Positions 10,991 to 21,018 of a DNA stretch of 64,000 nt are shown in pieces. The stretch is from Candidatus Cloacimonadales bacterium. Its GTDB lineage: Bacteria > Cloacimonadota > Cloacimonadia > Cloacimonadales > DAONDQ01. Location: the NCBI GenBank assembly GCA_963662275.1, contig OY759316.1, forward strand, positions 2,720,001 through 2,784,000, in the 5' to 3' direction. A model generated the notes under the pieces. It ran no database searches. It saw nothing but the letters and a program-made list of their open reading frames with translations, and was not told the origin of the DNA. Position 1 is the first letter of the stretch, and every line of letters starts with the position of its first letter. The position numbers were made by a program, and so were the translations under genes.

Positions 10991-11665
10991 ATGAAACATA
11001 GTTTAATTCTCATCATAGCAATGCTGTTATTGGCTACCTTCCTGTTTGCTGAAAATCCCATTGCTGTTATGGTCAACATGAAAGGGGATGTCATCCTTAC
11101 TCGTAATGCTAAAAAAATGCCTATCAAAGTTGGTGATATTCTCTACAATCAAGATAAAATCCAAAGCGGAAATGCTTCCTTTGCTGCGTTAAAGTATGTC
11201 GATAATGGAGCTTATCTGAAGATATTCCCAAACAGTATTGTCAGTATCAAGATCGATGCTCAAAAAGGAATTTCAGATAAAACAGCCAAAATTGAAAAGG
11301 GTACACTTTTTTCTTCCATAAATAGCAAAATTAAGGGAAATTATGCGGTGGAATCACCAACGACTGTTGCTTCCGTGAAAGGAACAAAATATATCTCAGA
11401 TCTGGCAAAAGACCGAACCTTCTACGTTTATACTACAGAAGGAACTGTTGAAGTAGAAAATCTTAAATCTCACTCGAAAATGAGTGTTTCTGAAGGAAAC
11501 AAACTGGAATCTAAAACGAACGGTTCAATGGTCGTCAGTAAATTCAAAGAATTACCTAATTCATGGAGTTCCATGCTAAGTGATACAGGAGAATCTCAAA
11601 AAGTGAAGATTGAACTCCAGAACTCATATGGTATCAAAAAGTATATCATAATCGAAACAGAATAA
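10991..11665 (+). CDS. FecR-domain protein
   Basis: KGDV...GDILYNQDKIQSG..S.A.L...D, VESPTTVASVKGT, EGTVEV FecR signatures; signal peptide. Confidence 0.88.
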   Translation: MKHSLILIIAMLLLATFLFAENPIAVMVNMKGDVILTRNAKKMPIKVGDILYNQDKIQSGNASFAALKYVDNGAYLKIFPNSIVSIKIDAQKGISDKTAKIEKGTLFSSINSKIKGNYAVESPTTVASVKGTKYISDLAKDRTFYVYTTEGTVEVENLKSHSKMSVSEGNKLESKTNGSMVVSKFKELPNSWSSMLSDTGESQKVKIELQNSYGIKKYIIIETE

Positions 11666-11676
11666 GAGAGGTAAAC

Positions 11677-14085
11677 ATGAGTAAAATTGCAGTCTTAATA
11701 TTGATACTTCTTACTTCCCTAACGACAGTGTTTGCGATTGTCCAATTTGACCTCAAACCGCCCTTACCCTTAAAAAATGCTACCCAGGCAGTCTTGGAAC
11801 TAGAAATTAAACAGGGATTCGAAGAGATTCAAGAAGTCAATATATACTATCGTGAAATCAAAAAAGAGGCTTATATACAAGTACGTTTGGCTGATGCCTC
11901 TGCTGCGAATCCTATTTATAATGCATTATTGCCTGCATTATTACCAAACTCTGAAGGATATGAATATTACTTTGAAATTACTAGATTGGATGGTCAGGTT
12001 CAAACAGCTCCCGATTTAGCTCCCCAAAATAATCCCTATCGTCTGATACAGGAAATGACAGTACAGGGCGAATCGGACTTTGTAATTCTGACACCAACCA
12101 GTAATGTAGTCTACAATAATGAAGACTTTGTATTGGTCATATCCACATTTTCTATTGCTGATAAACTCGATAGTTTATCCATTAAAATCATGGCTAATGG
12201 AGTAGATGTAACATCTTCAGCTAATATCACTAGTAATCTCATTGTATATCGTCAGCCTAAACCAAAAATTGGCGATATCAACATTCAAGTCTCTGGAAAG
12301 ACGAAAGATGGTATTGATATTGCTATTCCACCCATGATCTATACGGTGAAAAAAAGTAATCTGCTTCTAAGTCTCCCTTTTAATCTCTGGGGAAATATCA
12401 GCTTTAATTCCAATGTCATATCCATATCAGCCCAAGACAGTTCAAGTGTCACAGGTTTCAGATCTAATGATGCTTCAACTGATTTTTACTTATACGGTGG
12501 GCAGGGGTGGTTCAAATTCAATACCAAAGCATTCTTTTCATCCCTTGAAAACAAGAGCCAACAGCCTGTCGATAGGTATTCATTGGGACTCTATGTTCCG
12601 AGTATGGATTTAATCTTGGGAGATAATACTCCTTACTTCAATTCATTAACCCTGAATAGCACCAATGTTCGAGGTATATATGCCAGGTTGTATTCGAAAG
12701 GATTTGAATTAATTGGCATGTATGGTCAATCAAAACGTTCAATCGATGGGAAAGAATATGTTAGTGCTTCTACCAAGGCAGGTACTTTTGCTCGAGATGC
12801 TTCAGCACTTAGGTTGCAATTCGGTTCCATGAATAGTTTTCAGTGGTCTCTCAACATTGCTAAAAGTCGTGATATTGTATCCTCTCTTCCTCCAAAGTAC
12901 TACCAAATCGTCAATGGCACTGGAGCTGACGCTGATACAACCCAGCTTGCCTATCCAACGGACAACCTTGTACTAGGAACCGACATGCGTCTGAGCTTGT
13001 TCCACCAGAATTTTATTTTTGGAATTGAAGGTGCTGGAAGTTTATACAACTCAAATATATTACCCGGACCAATATCCAGCGATGATATTGAAAAATACTT
13101 GGGAAGCAGCATTCCCTTAGGTATCAAGCCATCTGATTTTCAAGATATTTTTGTCTTGAATAAAAATATGGAGCCTTTTCTTCCAAGTATTGCCAATGTT
13201 GCCATGCAAGGTTATGCCCGTTTATTCTTCCTGAAAAACTATCTGAGTATTAATTACTCACAAGTTGGAGCAAGTTTCAATTCAGTAGCTGCGAATTATC
13301 TACAGAATGACACTCGCACCATCAATTTCTCCGATAATATCAATATTCGGAATATCGCTTTTCTTGATGGTGGTTTGAATATCATTTCAGATAATCTATC
13401 AGAACAGAAATCCAGTACAAGTACCTATAATACGATATATATCCAATCATTATTCCGTCTTAACCGTCTTCCCTATTTGCGGATTGGATATCGTACAAGT
13501 ACTGGGAAAAATAAGAAAAACACAGAAAATATCAGTTCAACATTCAATCCGATGGATACCGAAAATAATGTAATGGATATTGGTATGGGATATGATTTTA
13601 TCATGATGCCTGTAGCCCCCACAAAGTTAGACCTTACTTATAATTCAGGTACTGATGAAGATAAACTGAATTCTGCCTATGAACTGAATTCAAATAATGT
13701 CCTGGTAACCCTAACCAGTAAATTCCAAGAAATACCATTACTCACAAGAATTTCTTTCAATACTGCTTTACAGGATAGCAAGACTGAATTAACTACTGGT
13801 ACAGCAAATAAAATCAATACTTCCAATACCGATTTTGGGCTTCATGGAGAATATCAGCTCCTGGATGAAAAACTGACTCCCTTCGCAGATTTCAAAACTA
13901 CAGTGCTGGGTGGAGACCAAAATAAACAGGCATACCAGTTGATCAATCTTGGTGCCCGTTATTTTCCTTTAGAACAGACGACAATATCGACTAACCTTGG
14001 ATTTAAGAGTTACTCTAATAGTTCAAAGAATAATTGTGATTATAATTCTGTTTCCTGGAATCTAAGCTTAAGTCAACGTTTCTAA
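11677..14085 (+). CDS. Putative outer-membrane beta-barrel protein with N-terminal soluble domains
   Basis: Signal peptide; GDNTPYFNSLTLN...VRG; amphipathic strands; terminal Phe (WNLSLSQRF). Confidence 0.7.
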   Translation: MSKIAVLILILLTSLTTVFAIVQFDLKPPLPLKNATQAVLELEIKQGFEEIQEVNIYYREIKKEAYIQVRLADASAANPIYNALLPALLPNSEGYEYYFEITRLDGQVQTAPDLAPQNNPYRLIQEMTVQGESDFVILTPTSNVVYNNEDFVLVISTFSIADKLDSLSIKIMANGVDVTSSANITSNLIVYRQPKPKIGDINIQVSGKTKDGIDIAIPPMIYTVKKSNLLLSLPFNLWGNISFNSNVISISAQDSSSVTGFRSNDASTDFYLYGGQGWFKFNTKAFFSSLENKSQQPVDRYSLGLYVPSMDLILGDNTPYFNSLTLNSTNVRGIYARLYSKGFELIGMYGQSKRSIDGKEYVSASTKAGTFARDASALRLQFGSMNSFQWSLNIAKSRDIVSSLPPKYYQIVNGTGADADTTQLAYPTDNLVLGTDMRLSLFHQNFIFGIEGAGSLYNSNILPGPISSDDIEKYLGSSIPLGIKPSDFQDIFVLNKNMEPFLPSIANVAMQGYARLFFLKNYLSINYSQVGASFNSVAANYLQNDTRTINFSDNINIRNIAFLDGGLNIISDNLSEQKSSTSTYNTIYIQSLFRLNRLPYLRIGYRTSTGKNKKNTENISSTFNPMDTENNVMDIGMGYDFIMMPVAPTKLDLTYNSGTDEDKLNSAYELNSNNVLVTLTSKFQEIPLLTRISFNTALQDSKTELTTGTANKINTSNTDFGLHGEYQLLDEKLTPFADFKTTVLGGDQNKQAYQLINLGARYFPLEQTTISTNLGFKSYSNSSKNNCDYNSVSWNLSLSQRF

Positions 14086-14137
14086 TGTTTACAAACCAGG
14101 CAGCGATTGAATTCAATCGCTGCCTTATTGTATTGAG

Positions 14138-16012
14138 GTGAAAATGAAAAAAATCGCTCCCTACATCTATTTCCCCTTGATTATCGTAATTTTACTGCAA
14201 CTGATAAGCTGGACTCAATTATTCCGGGATTTGGAAAGCAAAATTAGCGATCAGATGTTTAATCAAAGGGGTACACAACCAATCAGTGGTGACATTGTGA
14301 TTGTTGGTATTGATGACGAAACATTTTCCTCCCTCGATATGCAATGGCCTTTTCCACGCACATTCTATGCTCATATGATCGATAATCTGGAAAGTGCGGG
14401 AGTGAAGCAGATTATTTTTGATGTTGAATTCACGGAAACTGCTAAGAATCCAATGGAAGACAACATCCTTGCAGATACTGCTGCTAAATACAATAATGTG
14501 ATTTTTTGCGGTAAGCTGATTAAAGATAACATAAAACAAACAGAACAGCTTTTATCACCTGTCAAACCAATAACAGACAAGAAATTGAATTGGGGCATTG
14601 TTAATATCTATTCTGATCCGGATGGATTCATACGTAAATATACTTTATTTGAACCTTTTGGAGATGCGTATGAATATTCCATTGGGATTGCCTCACTTGC
14701 CAATGAAAGAGTATACCAGGATGACTGGAAAAAGTATCTCAATCGTACTTCTAGAAATCTTAAGATTGGGACATATTCGATACCTATTATTGAGAATAAT
14801 TTAGCTATCATCAATTACTATGGTCCTGCTGGTACTTTTAAAACCTATGCTATGTCCAGCATCCTGGATGATTCCACTTTCACTATGCCTATGCTGGATT
14901 TGAATGAATTTGATGACATCCGAAAATCAGGGGCGCTAAAGAATAAGACTGTTTTAATAGGTGCTTCTATCGACGAACTTCATGATAATTTCAATACACC
15001 ATTTTTTTTATCCTCTAAGGTCTTGACCCCAGGTGTTGAAATTCATGCCAGTTTCCTGGAGATGGTACACCATAAGAATTATCTGTATCCATTTTCTGAA
15101 ATCTATTTATTAATCATACTCTTCATACTGGCAGTACTGCTCTATGCTTTTTATAGTTTTATGAAACCCCAATTTGCCATTATCATCACCCTGATCCTGA
15201 TTGCATTGTATATTTATATCACATACTTCCTATTTGTTCACGACAATCTGATTTTACCTGTCATGCAATTTATTCTGATGAATTTAGCGACATTCATCGT
15301 AGGACTGGTGGGACATTATATCAGGACAAATCGGGAAAGAAAGTTCATCAAAGGTGCATTTTCAAGATATATGGCTCCTGAACTGGTACAAGAACTGTTA
15401 AAAAATCCCAAAAGTCTTCAATATGGTGGGAAACAACAGGAAATTACAGTATTGTTTTCCGATATCCGTTCTTTTACTACTTATGCAGAAAGCCATACTG
15501 CAGAAGAAACAGTTTCCATTCTCCATGAATATCTGACAGCTATGGTGGATATCATTATTCAAAATAAGGGAATCCTGGATAAATTCGTTGGTGATGAAGT
15601 TATGGCACTCTACGGAACACCTGTCCAATTGGAGAATGATGCCTTGTCTGCCTGTAAGACAGCCATTGCTATGTATTATAGCTTAAAGGACCTGCAGGAT
15701 AAATGGAAGAGTGAAGGCAAACAGATCTTCGAAATCGGTATTGGTATAAATACAGGCAACGTCATTGTCGGAAATCTTGGTTCTGATCAGATTTTCGATT
15801 ATACTGCCATCGGTGACAGTATCAATCTCGGTGCCAGGCTGGAAGGTTTAAATAAGGAATTTGACAACGAAAAACATATCATAATCAGTGAGTTCACATT
15901 GGAAAAAGTGAAAGACATGGTGGAAGTTAAATACTTGTCAGAAGTTAATGTGAAAGGCAAGATGAAAGCTGTTAAAATATATGCACTACTTGCAGTGAAA
16001 GATGGATTCTGA
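14138..16012 (+). CDS. CHASE2-domain class III adenylate cyclase
   Basis: IVIVGIDD, WPFPR, DPDGFIR, PGVEIHA (CHASE2); 3 TM; FSDIRSFT, DKFVGD, YTAIGDSINLGARLE. Confidence 0.95.
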   Translation: MKMKKIAPYIYFPLIIVILLQLISWTQLFRDLESKISDQMFNQRGTQPISGDIVIVGIDDETFSSLDMQWPFPRTFYAHMIDNLESAGVKQIIFDVEFTETAKNPMEDNILADTAAKYNNVIFCGKLIKDNIKQTEQLLSPVKPITDKKLNWGIVNIYSDPDGFIRKYTLFEPFGDAYEYSIGIASLANERVYQDDWKKYLNRTSRNLKIGTYSIPIIENNLAIINYYGPAGTFKTYAMSSILDDSTFTMPMLDLNEFDDIRKSGALKNKTVLIGASIDELHDNFNTPFFLSSKVLTPGVEIHASFLEMVHHKNYLYPFSEIYLLIILFILAVLLYAFYSFMKPQFAIIITLILIALYIYITYFLFVHDNLILPVMQFILMNLATFIVGLVGHYIRTNRERKFIKGAFSRYMAPELVQELLKNPKSLQYGGKQQEITVLFSDIRSFTTYAESHTAEETVSILHEYLTAMVDIIIQNKGILDKFVGDEVMALYGTPVQLENDALSACKTAIAMYYSLKDLQDKWKSEGKQIFEIGIGINTGNVIVGNLGSDQIFDYTAIGDSINLGARLEGLNKEFDNEKHIIISEFTLEKVKDMVEVKYLSEVNVKGKMKAVKIYALLAVKDGF

Positions 16013-16596
16013 TGAAAAATTTGATACTAAATAGTCTGAAAGATGCAGAAAATAAGCTTCATGACTTAATTCAACATGATACTAATATTGATATCATGAT
16101 CCAAGTTTCTGATTGCTTAGTGAATACCTTCAAACAGGGAGGAAAAGTCATTATCTTTGGTAATGGAGGTTCAACTTGTGATGCTATGCACTTTGCTGAA
16201 GAATTCACAGGCAAGTTCAGAAAAGACCGTAAACCTCTTCCGGTGATTGCAATTGCCGATCCTTCCCATATCACATGCGTTGGAAATGATTATGGTTTTG
16301 AAGAGATATTCAGCCGCGGTGTTGAAGCATATGCCAAGCCTGGTGATTTGGTTATCGGCATATCCACAAGCGGTAATTCACTTAATGTGATTAAAGCGAT
16401 TGAAAAGGCGAAAGAATGTAAATGTTCCACCTTTGGTCTGTTAGGAAAAGATGGAGGGAAGCTTGTTTCCATGTGTGATTTCAATATCATTGTTCAGGGA
16501 GAAACTTCCGATCGCATCCAGGAAATTCATATGACAATTCTGCATATCATTATTGAGATGGTTGAACGAAAGCTTTTTCCTGATTTATACGAATAA
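16012..16596 (+). CDS. gmhA: Phosphoheptose isomerase
   Basis: GNGGSTCDAMHFAEE, GNDYGF, STSGNS, DRIQEIH. Confidence 0.95.
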   Translation: MKNLILNSLKDAENKLHDLIQHDTNIDIMIQVSDCLVNTFKQGGKVIIFGNGGSTCDAMHFAEEFTGKFRKDRKPLPVIAIADPSHITCVGNDYGFEEIFSRGVEAYAKPGDLVIGISTSGNSLNVIKAIEKAKECKCSTFGLLGKDGGKLVSMCDFNIIVQGETSDRIQEIHMTILHIIIEMVERKLFPDLYE

Positions 16597-16628
16597 TTGA
16601 ATTTCGGAGTTTACAGGAAAGCTTAGAA

Positions 16629-16751
16629 CCGGTTCATTGAGTGATTTCGACGAAGGAGAAATTGTATCGAAATGACCTAATGTGACCCTATAAGGTTGTG
16701 CAATGTCGTCTCCTCGATACAAATAGATAAATCTGTTTACTCGGAGAACTC
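16629..16751 (+). repeat. 123-bp dispersed repeat, copy 2
   Basis: Matches reverse complement of 6569-6691. Confidence 0.9.
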
Positions 16752-17065
16752 GAGGTTTTGGAGTTCAAATTTCCATTGAATCTACTAGGACTTCTCAAGT
16801 AATAGGAAATTCGGACTTCAAAATCGACATTTTCATCCCCGGCAGAAAAAACCAGTTTTCAGGGAAGTTCAAAACCGATTTGGACACACAGCTAACATTG
16901 GGGTTGAAGTCTAAATCACCTTTTAATTGAGAATATGTGATAGTTGGAATGGTGATTTAAACTCCAACAATTAGCTAAACTGGGAATGGTCTACTATACA
17001 TAAATAATTGTCAATGGAAGTCCAACCCATATTGTATGTATTTAAGAAGCTATGCAGGAGTAATT

Positions 17066-17794
17066 ATGATTCATCTTGCCAAATTTAAGAACAGCGAAAA
17101 CAAAACATATCAAATCGTTGTTACTAAAAACGGACCCTATATTGTGTATGGCAATCTACCTCTTTCAAAGGATATCACCGTTTCATCCCGCCTTGGTGTT
17201 GCTGAAGAATGGAAAAAGGGAAGTTCAATTGCAACTCCCGAAGTATATTCTATCTGTCGTTGTGGAAATACAAAAAAAAATCCCTTTTGTGATGGGAGTC
17301 ATACTTCAACAAATTTCGATGGAACAGAGACAGAGATGCATAAACAATTTTTCAAAGATCCAAGCCTCACCCAAGGACCTGAACTTACCTTACATGATAG
17401 TCTTTATCTCTGCATCGGTGCAAGATTTTGTCATAAAGGTGGTGGAGTATGGAAGCTGACTCAACAATCTGATGATCAGGAGAAGAAGTCACTGGCAATT
17501 AAAGAAGCATGTAATTGTCCATCAGGTAGACTGATTGAATATGATAATTTAAATAACGAACCAATAGAACCTGACTTTGAACCTTCATTAGGAATCATTA
17601 TAGATCCTGCGACCAATACAACTGGTCCTTTGTGGGTAAAAGGCTATGTACCTATCCTATCTGCTGAAGGTACTGCTTATGAGATAAGAAACCGTGTTAC
17701 CTTATGCCGCTGCGGAAAATCAGACACGAAGCCATTCTGCGATGGAAAACATGTGAATATTCGGTTTCGAGACATTTCGGAATTTGAATCATAA
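17066..17794 (+). CDS. Tandem CDGSH iron-sulfur domain protein
   Basis: CRCG...PFCDGSH and CRCG...PFCDGKH flanking C...RFC / CPSG module; start chosen after AGGAG. Confidence 0.92.
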   Translation: MIHLAKFKNSENKTYQIVVTKNGPYIVYGNLPLSKDITVSSRLGVAEEWKKGSSIATPEVYSICRCGNTKKNPFCDGSHTSTNFDGTETEMHKQFFKDPSLTQGPELTLHDSLYLCIGARFCHKGGGVWKLTQQSDDQEKKSLAIKEACNCPSGRLIEYDNLNNEPIEPDFEPSLGIIIDPATNTTGPLWVKGYVPILSAEGTAYEIRNRVTLCRCGKSDTKPFCDGKHVNIRFRDISEFES

Positions 17795-17796
17795 AT

Positions 17797-17825
17797 GAAA
17801 AACGCCATCTTGCGATGGCGTTTTA
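17797..17825. terminator. Bidirectional intrinsic terminator
   Basis: AAAAACGCCATC-TTGC-GATGGCGTTTT. Confidence 0.8.
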
Positions 17826-17828
17826 TTA

Positions 17829-17903
17829 TGGCTCCGAAAGAGGGATTCGAACCCCCGACCTAGTGGTTAACAGCCACCCGCTCTACCGCTGAGCTATTTC
17901 GGA
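17829..17903 (-). tRNA. tRNA-Asn (GTT)
   Basis: TCCGAAATAGCTCAGCGGTAGAGCGGGTGGCTGTTAACCACTAGGTCGGGGGTTCGAATCCCTCTTTCGGAGCCA; cloverleaf, encoded CCA. Confidence 0.97.
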
Positions 17904-18192
17904 ATATTCATTAGCAAACAGGTGTTCTTTTTAGGGAACGAGGGAATACTGTCAAATAAAATATTTACTTTAATCGGTATTTCTCTCTAATAACCTCAAT
18001 ACAATCTCTAAACAGAGATAAAATACTTATCTGACCTTCAAAAAATAAAATACAAACAGCATATATCCTCTACCTATAAAGCATCCTTTGGAAGTTTTTG
18101 GATCTTATTTCAATTCTTCATATTATTTAGTACAATCATTTTACATGAAAACGAACATCAAGTGACACTTCACAAAAACATCTTCTCTAAGC

Positions 18193-20658
18193 CTAAATAA
18201 ACAAATTCAAACTCGATTGTTCTGCAGCTTCCAGATAGGTAGCAACACCACCAATGTGAACACCATCCATTAATTCAGAGGCATCGACACCCATGATATC
18301 CATCGACATTTGGCAGGCAATCATCTCAACACCACCGTCAAGTGCTTCCTGGATCATCGTCTCCAATGCATCAACATTTTTCATTTTCATGCGCATTCTC
18401 ATCATGATTGGACCCAAACCCAACATATTCATCTTGGAAAGAGCTAAATGAAGACTGTTCTCAGGCATCATCATACTAAACATTTTGCCCATGAAGTCTT
18501 TCTTCACAACGGGTTTCTGCCTTCTCTTGATAACATTCAAACCCCAAAAGGTAAAGAACATGGTTACTTTCTTCCCCGTTGAAGCAGCTCCATTGGCAAT
18601 GACCATGCTCGCCAGGGCTTTATCCATATCGTCAGAGAAGACGATGATTGTCTTATCATTTCCAGCCTTATGGATAACAGATGAACCAGCACTATCCTTT
18701 TTCTCAATAATAGCAATCGTCATGCCTTTCTCTGTTGTTAATTCCAGTAACTTGTTTCCAGTCATATTGCACCAACTTCCCACATCATTCTTGAAACCTG
18801 GGTCTGAAGCCGAAATACGTAGATGATCACCGAAATTGATTTTTTCCATCTCTTTCTTGATGCGTAGGATAGGACCTGGACATTGCAGACCGCAGGCATC
18901 CACTTCCAGTACTTTGGCAGGTATTTTCAATTTCTCAGGGTCAAGCTGATAGATGTAGTCATCCTTCCCAATCACATCTTTTTCAAAGATATCCTCATTA
19001 CTCTGTTTTCCAGAAGCATGCTCATAAGTCTTGCAGCCACCTGTAAGGTTATAAACATCGTTGTAACCATGTTGTATGAGAATCCGTGCAGCCACATAAC
19101 CGCGTTGTCCCATACTGCAGAAAACGATAATTTTTTTATCTTTTGGAATCTCAGACATTCGGTTACGTAAATCATCCAGAGGAATATTCACAGCATTTTC
19201 GATGGTTCTAATTTTGAATTCATCAATCGTCCTGACATCCAACAAATATGAATTCTTGGGATCAAGATCAGCAATTTCATCCCAGTGAATGATCTTAACC
19301 AATCCTACTAGAATATTCTCAGCAGCAAAACCGGCAATATTTACAGGATCCTTTGCAGACGAATACGGTGGTGCATAGGCATGTTCAAGTGCTTGTAAAT
19401 CATAGATGGTTTCGTTATGCTGAATGACGGAAGCACATAAATCGATACGCTTATCCACTCCTTCATAGCCAATAATCTGAGCACCATAGAGTTTACCATC
19501 AGTTGGAGAAAAGACGATTTTAATAGTCAGCGGTAGCGCATTGGGGTAATATCCTGCATGAGAAGTACCGTGAATGATGGAGGAAATATAGGGAATGCCT
19601 TCAGCTTTCAATACTTTTTCTGATAATCCAGTGGAAGCTACTGTAATATCAAATACCTTCGCAATGGCAGTAACGATAGAACCTGCGTACTTTTTCTTAT
19701 TCCCATTTACGATATTATCTGCCACTATGCGTCCTTGCTTATTTGCCGGACCAGCCAGATAGGTGATCATTGGCTTTCCCAACACAGGATTCATAAAGGT
19801 AATCGCATCACCTACAGCATAAATATCGGGGTCTTTGGTCTGAAGATACTCGTTCACAACGATTCCATTCTTTTCACCCAATTCCAGACCTGCATCGCCT
19901 GCAAAATGACTATCAGGTTTAACACCGATGGATAGAATCACTAAATCTGCATCCAGTAACTTGCCACTATTCAATCTTACCTGCAATTTATCATCGGCTC
20001 GAACGAAGGAAGAAACTCCATCTTTCAGATAGAACTCGATGTTCTTAGTCTTCAAATGCTGATGTACTTCTGCAGCCATTTCATAATCAAGAGGAGTCAT
20101 TACCTGGTCACTCATTTCCACGATCGTGACGAAAATACCCCTGTGGTGCATATTCTCCGCCATTTCCAAGCCAATAAATCCTGCACCGATAATGACAACA
20201 CGTCCCACTTTGTTTTTATCTAAATAATCCTTGATACGGTCAGTGTCCATAACATTGCGGAGTGTAAATATCGAAAGGTCATTGATTCCAGGAATCGGAG
20301 GACGCAATGGCTCTGCACCAGGGGAAAGTATTAACTTATCATAAGCTTCATCGTATTCTTCACCGGTTAGTAATCTCTGGACACGTACTTTCTTATCATC
20401 ACGACGGATGGATAGGACTTCGTTTTGTACCCGGACATCTACTCGGAAGCGTTTGGCAAATTCTTCATTCGTTTGAACAAACAGACGGTCTCTATCTTTG
20501 ATTACACCACCAAGATAGTAGGGTAATCCACAATTTGCATAGGAAATGTACTGACCTCTTTCCATGATGATGATTTCCGCATGCTCATCCAGCCTGCGTA
20601 AACGTGCCGCAGCAGTAGCTCCGCCTGCCACGCCGCCAACGATAATATATTTAGCCAT
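18193..20658 (-). CDS. CoA-disulfide/persulfide reductase fused to rhodanese, TusA-like and DsrE2-like domains
   Basis: GGVAGG, SYANCGLPY, GAGFIG, YAPPYS; rhodanese CSMGQRG; TusA DACGLQCPGP; DsrE2 FFTFWG, ACQMSMD. Confidence 0.92.
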   Translation of the reverse strand: MAKYIIVGGVAGGATAAARLRRLDEHAEIIIMERGQYISYANCGLPYYLGGVIKDRDRLFVQTNEEFAKRFRVDVRVQNEVLSIRRDDKKVRVQRLLTGEEYDEAYDKLILSPGAEPLRPPIPGINDLSIFTLRNVMDTDRIKDYLDKNKVGRVVIIGAGFIGLEMAENMHHRGIFVTIVEMSDQVMTPLDYEMAAEVHQHLKTKNIEFYLKDGVSSFVRADDKLQVRLNSGKLLDADLVILSIGVKPDSHFAGDAGLELGEKNGIVVNEYLQTKDPDIYAVGDAITFMNPVLGKPMITYLAGPANKQGRIVADNIVNGNKKKYAGSIVTAIAKVFDITVASTGLSEKVLKAEGIPYISSIIHGTSHAGYYPNALPLTIKIVFSPTDGKLYGAQIIGYEGVDKRIDLCASVIQHNETIYDLQALEHAYAPPYSSAKDPVNIAGFAAENILVGLVKIIHWDEIADLDPKNSYLLDVRTIDEFKIRTIENAVNIPLDDLRNRMSEIPKDKKIIVFCSMGQRGYVAARILIQHGYNDVYNLTGGCKTYEHASGKQSNEDIFEKDVIGKDDYIYQLDPEKLKIPAKVLEVDACGLQCPGPILRIKKEMEKINFGDHLRISASDPGFKNDVGSWCNMTGNKLLELTTEKGMTIAIIEKKDSAGSSVIHKAGNDKTIIVFSDDMDKALASMVIANGAASTGKKVTMFFTFWGLNVIKRRQKPVVKKDFMGKMFSMMMPENSLHLALSKMNMLGLGPIMMRMRMKMKNVDALETMIQEALDGGVEMIACQMSMDIMGVDASELMDGVHIGGVATYLEAAEQSSLNLFI

Positions 20659-20877
20659 GAATAGCTCCTTCAAATGAATTAATATTTTCGGTTATATAAT
20701 ATACCATTCGCTAAATCTGGCAAGAAACAAATTGTTAATGCTTATTTTTTTAAAGCATTACGGAGCAATATCCTAAATCTCCTTTCTCTTGGATGCCTCT
20801 CAAGCTGCCCTCAAAGCACAATGATAAGTGAAACCAAAGATAACTTAAATACAAGCTAACCAGTAGCTAAAATACTT

Positions 20878-20945
20878 TAGGAGCTGGTTAGGAGCTGGTT
20901 AGGAGCTGGTTAGAAGCTGATTAGGTGCTGTTTAGCTGCTTACTT
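20878..20945 (+). repeat. 11-mer tandem repeat (TAGGAGCTGGT)n
   Basis: Three exact units plus about 3 degenerate units. Confidence 0.8.
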
Positions 20946-21018
20946 GAGGGCTGTCCCTGTGGTTTCCGTGGTCACTTATTATAATTTCCATAGGGAAGAA
21001 ACATATTAACACTGGATT

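Noticed and set aside
17829..17903. tRNA-Asn as an island integration site
   Set aside because: No integrase and no duplicated tRNA 3' end seen
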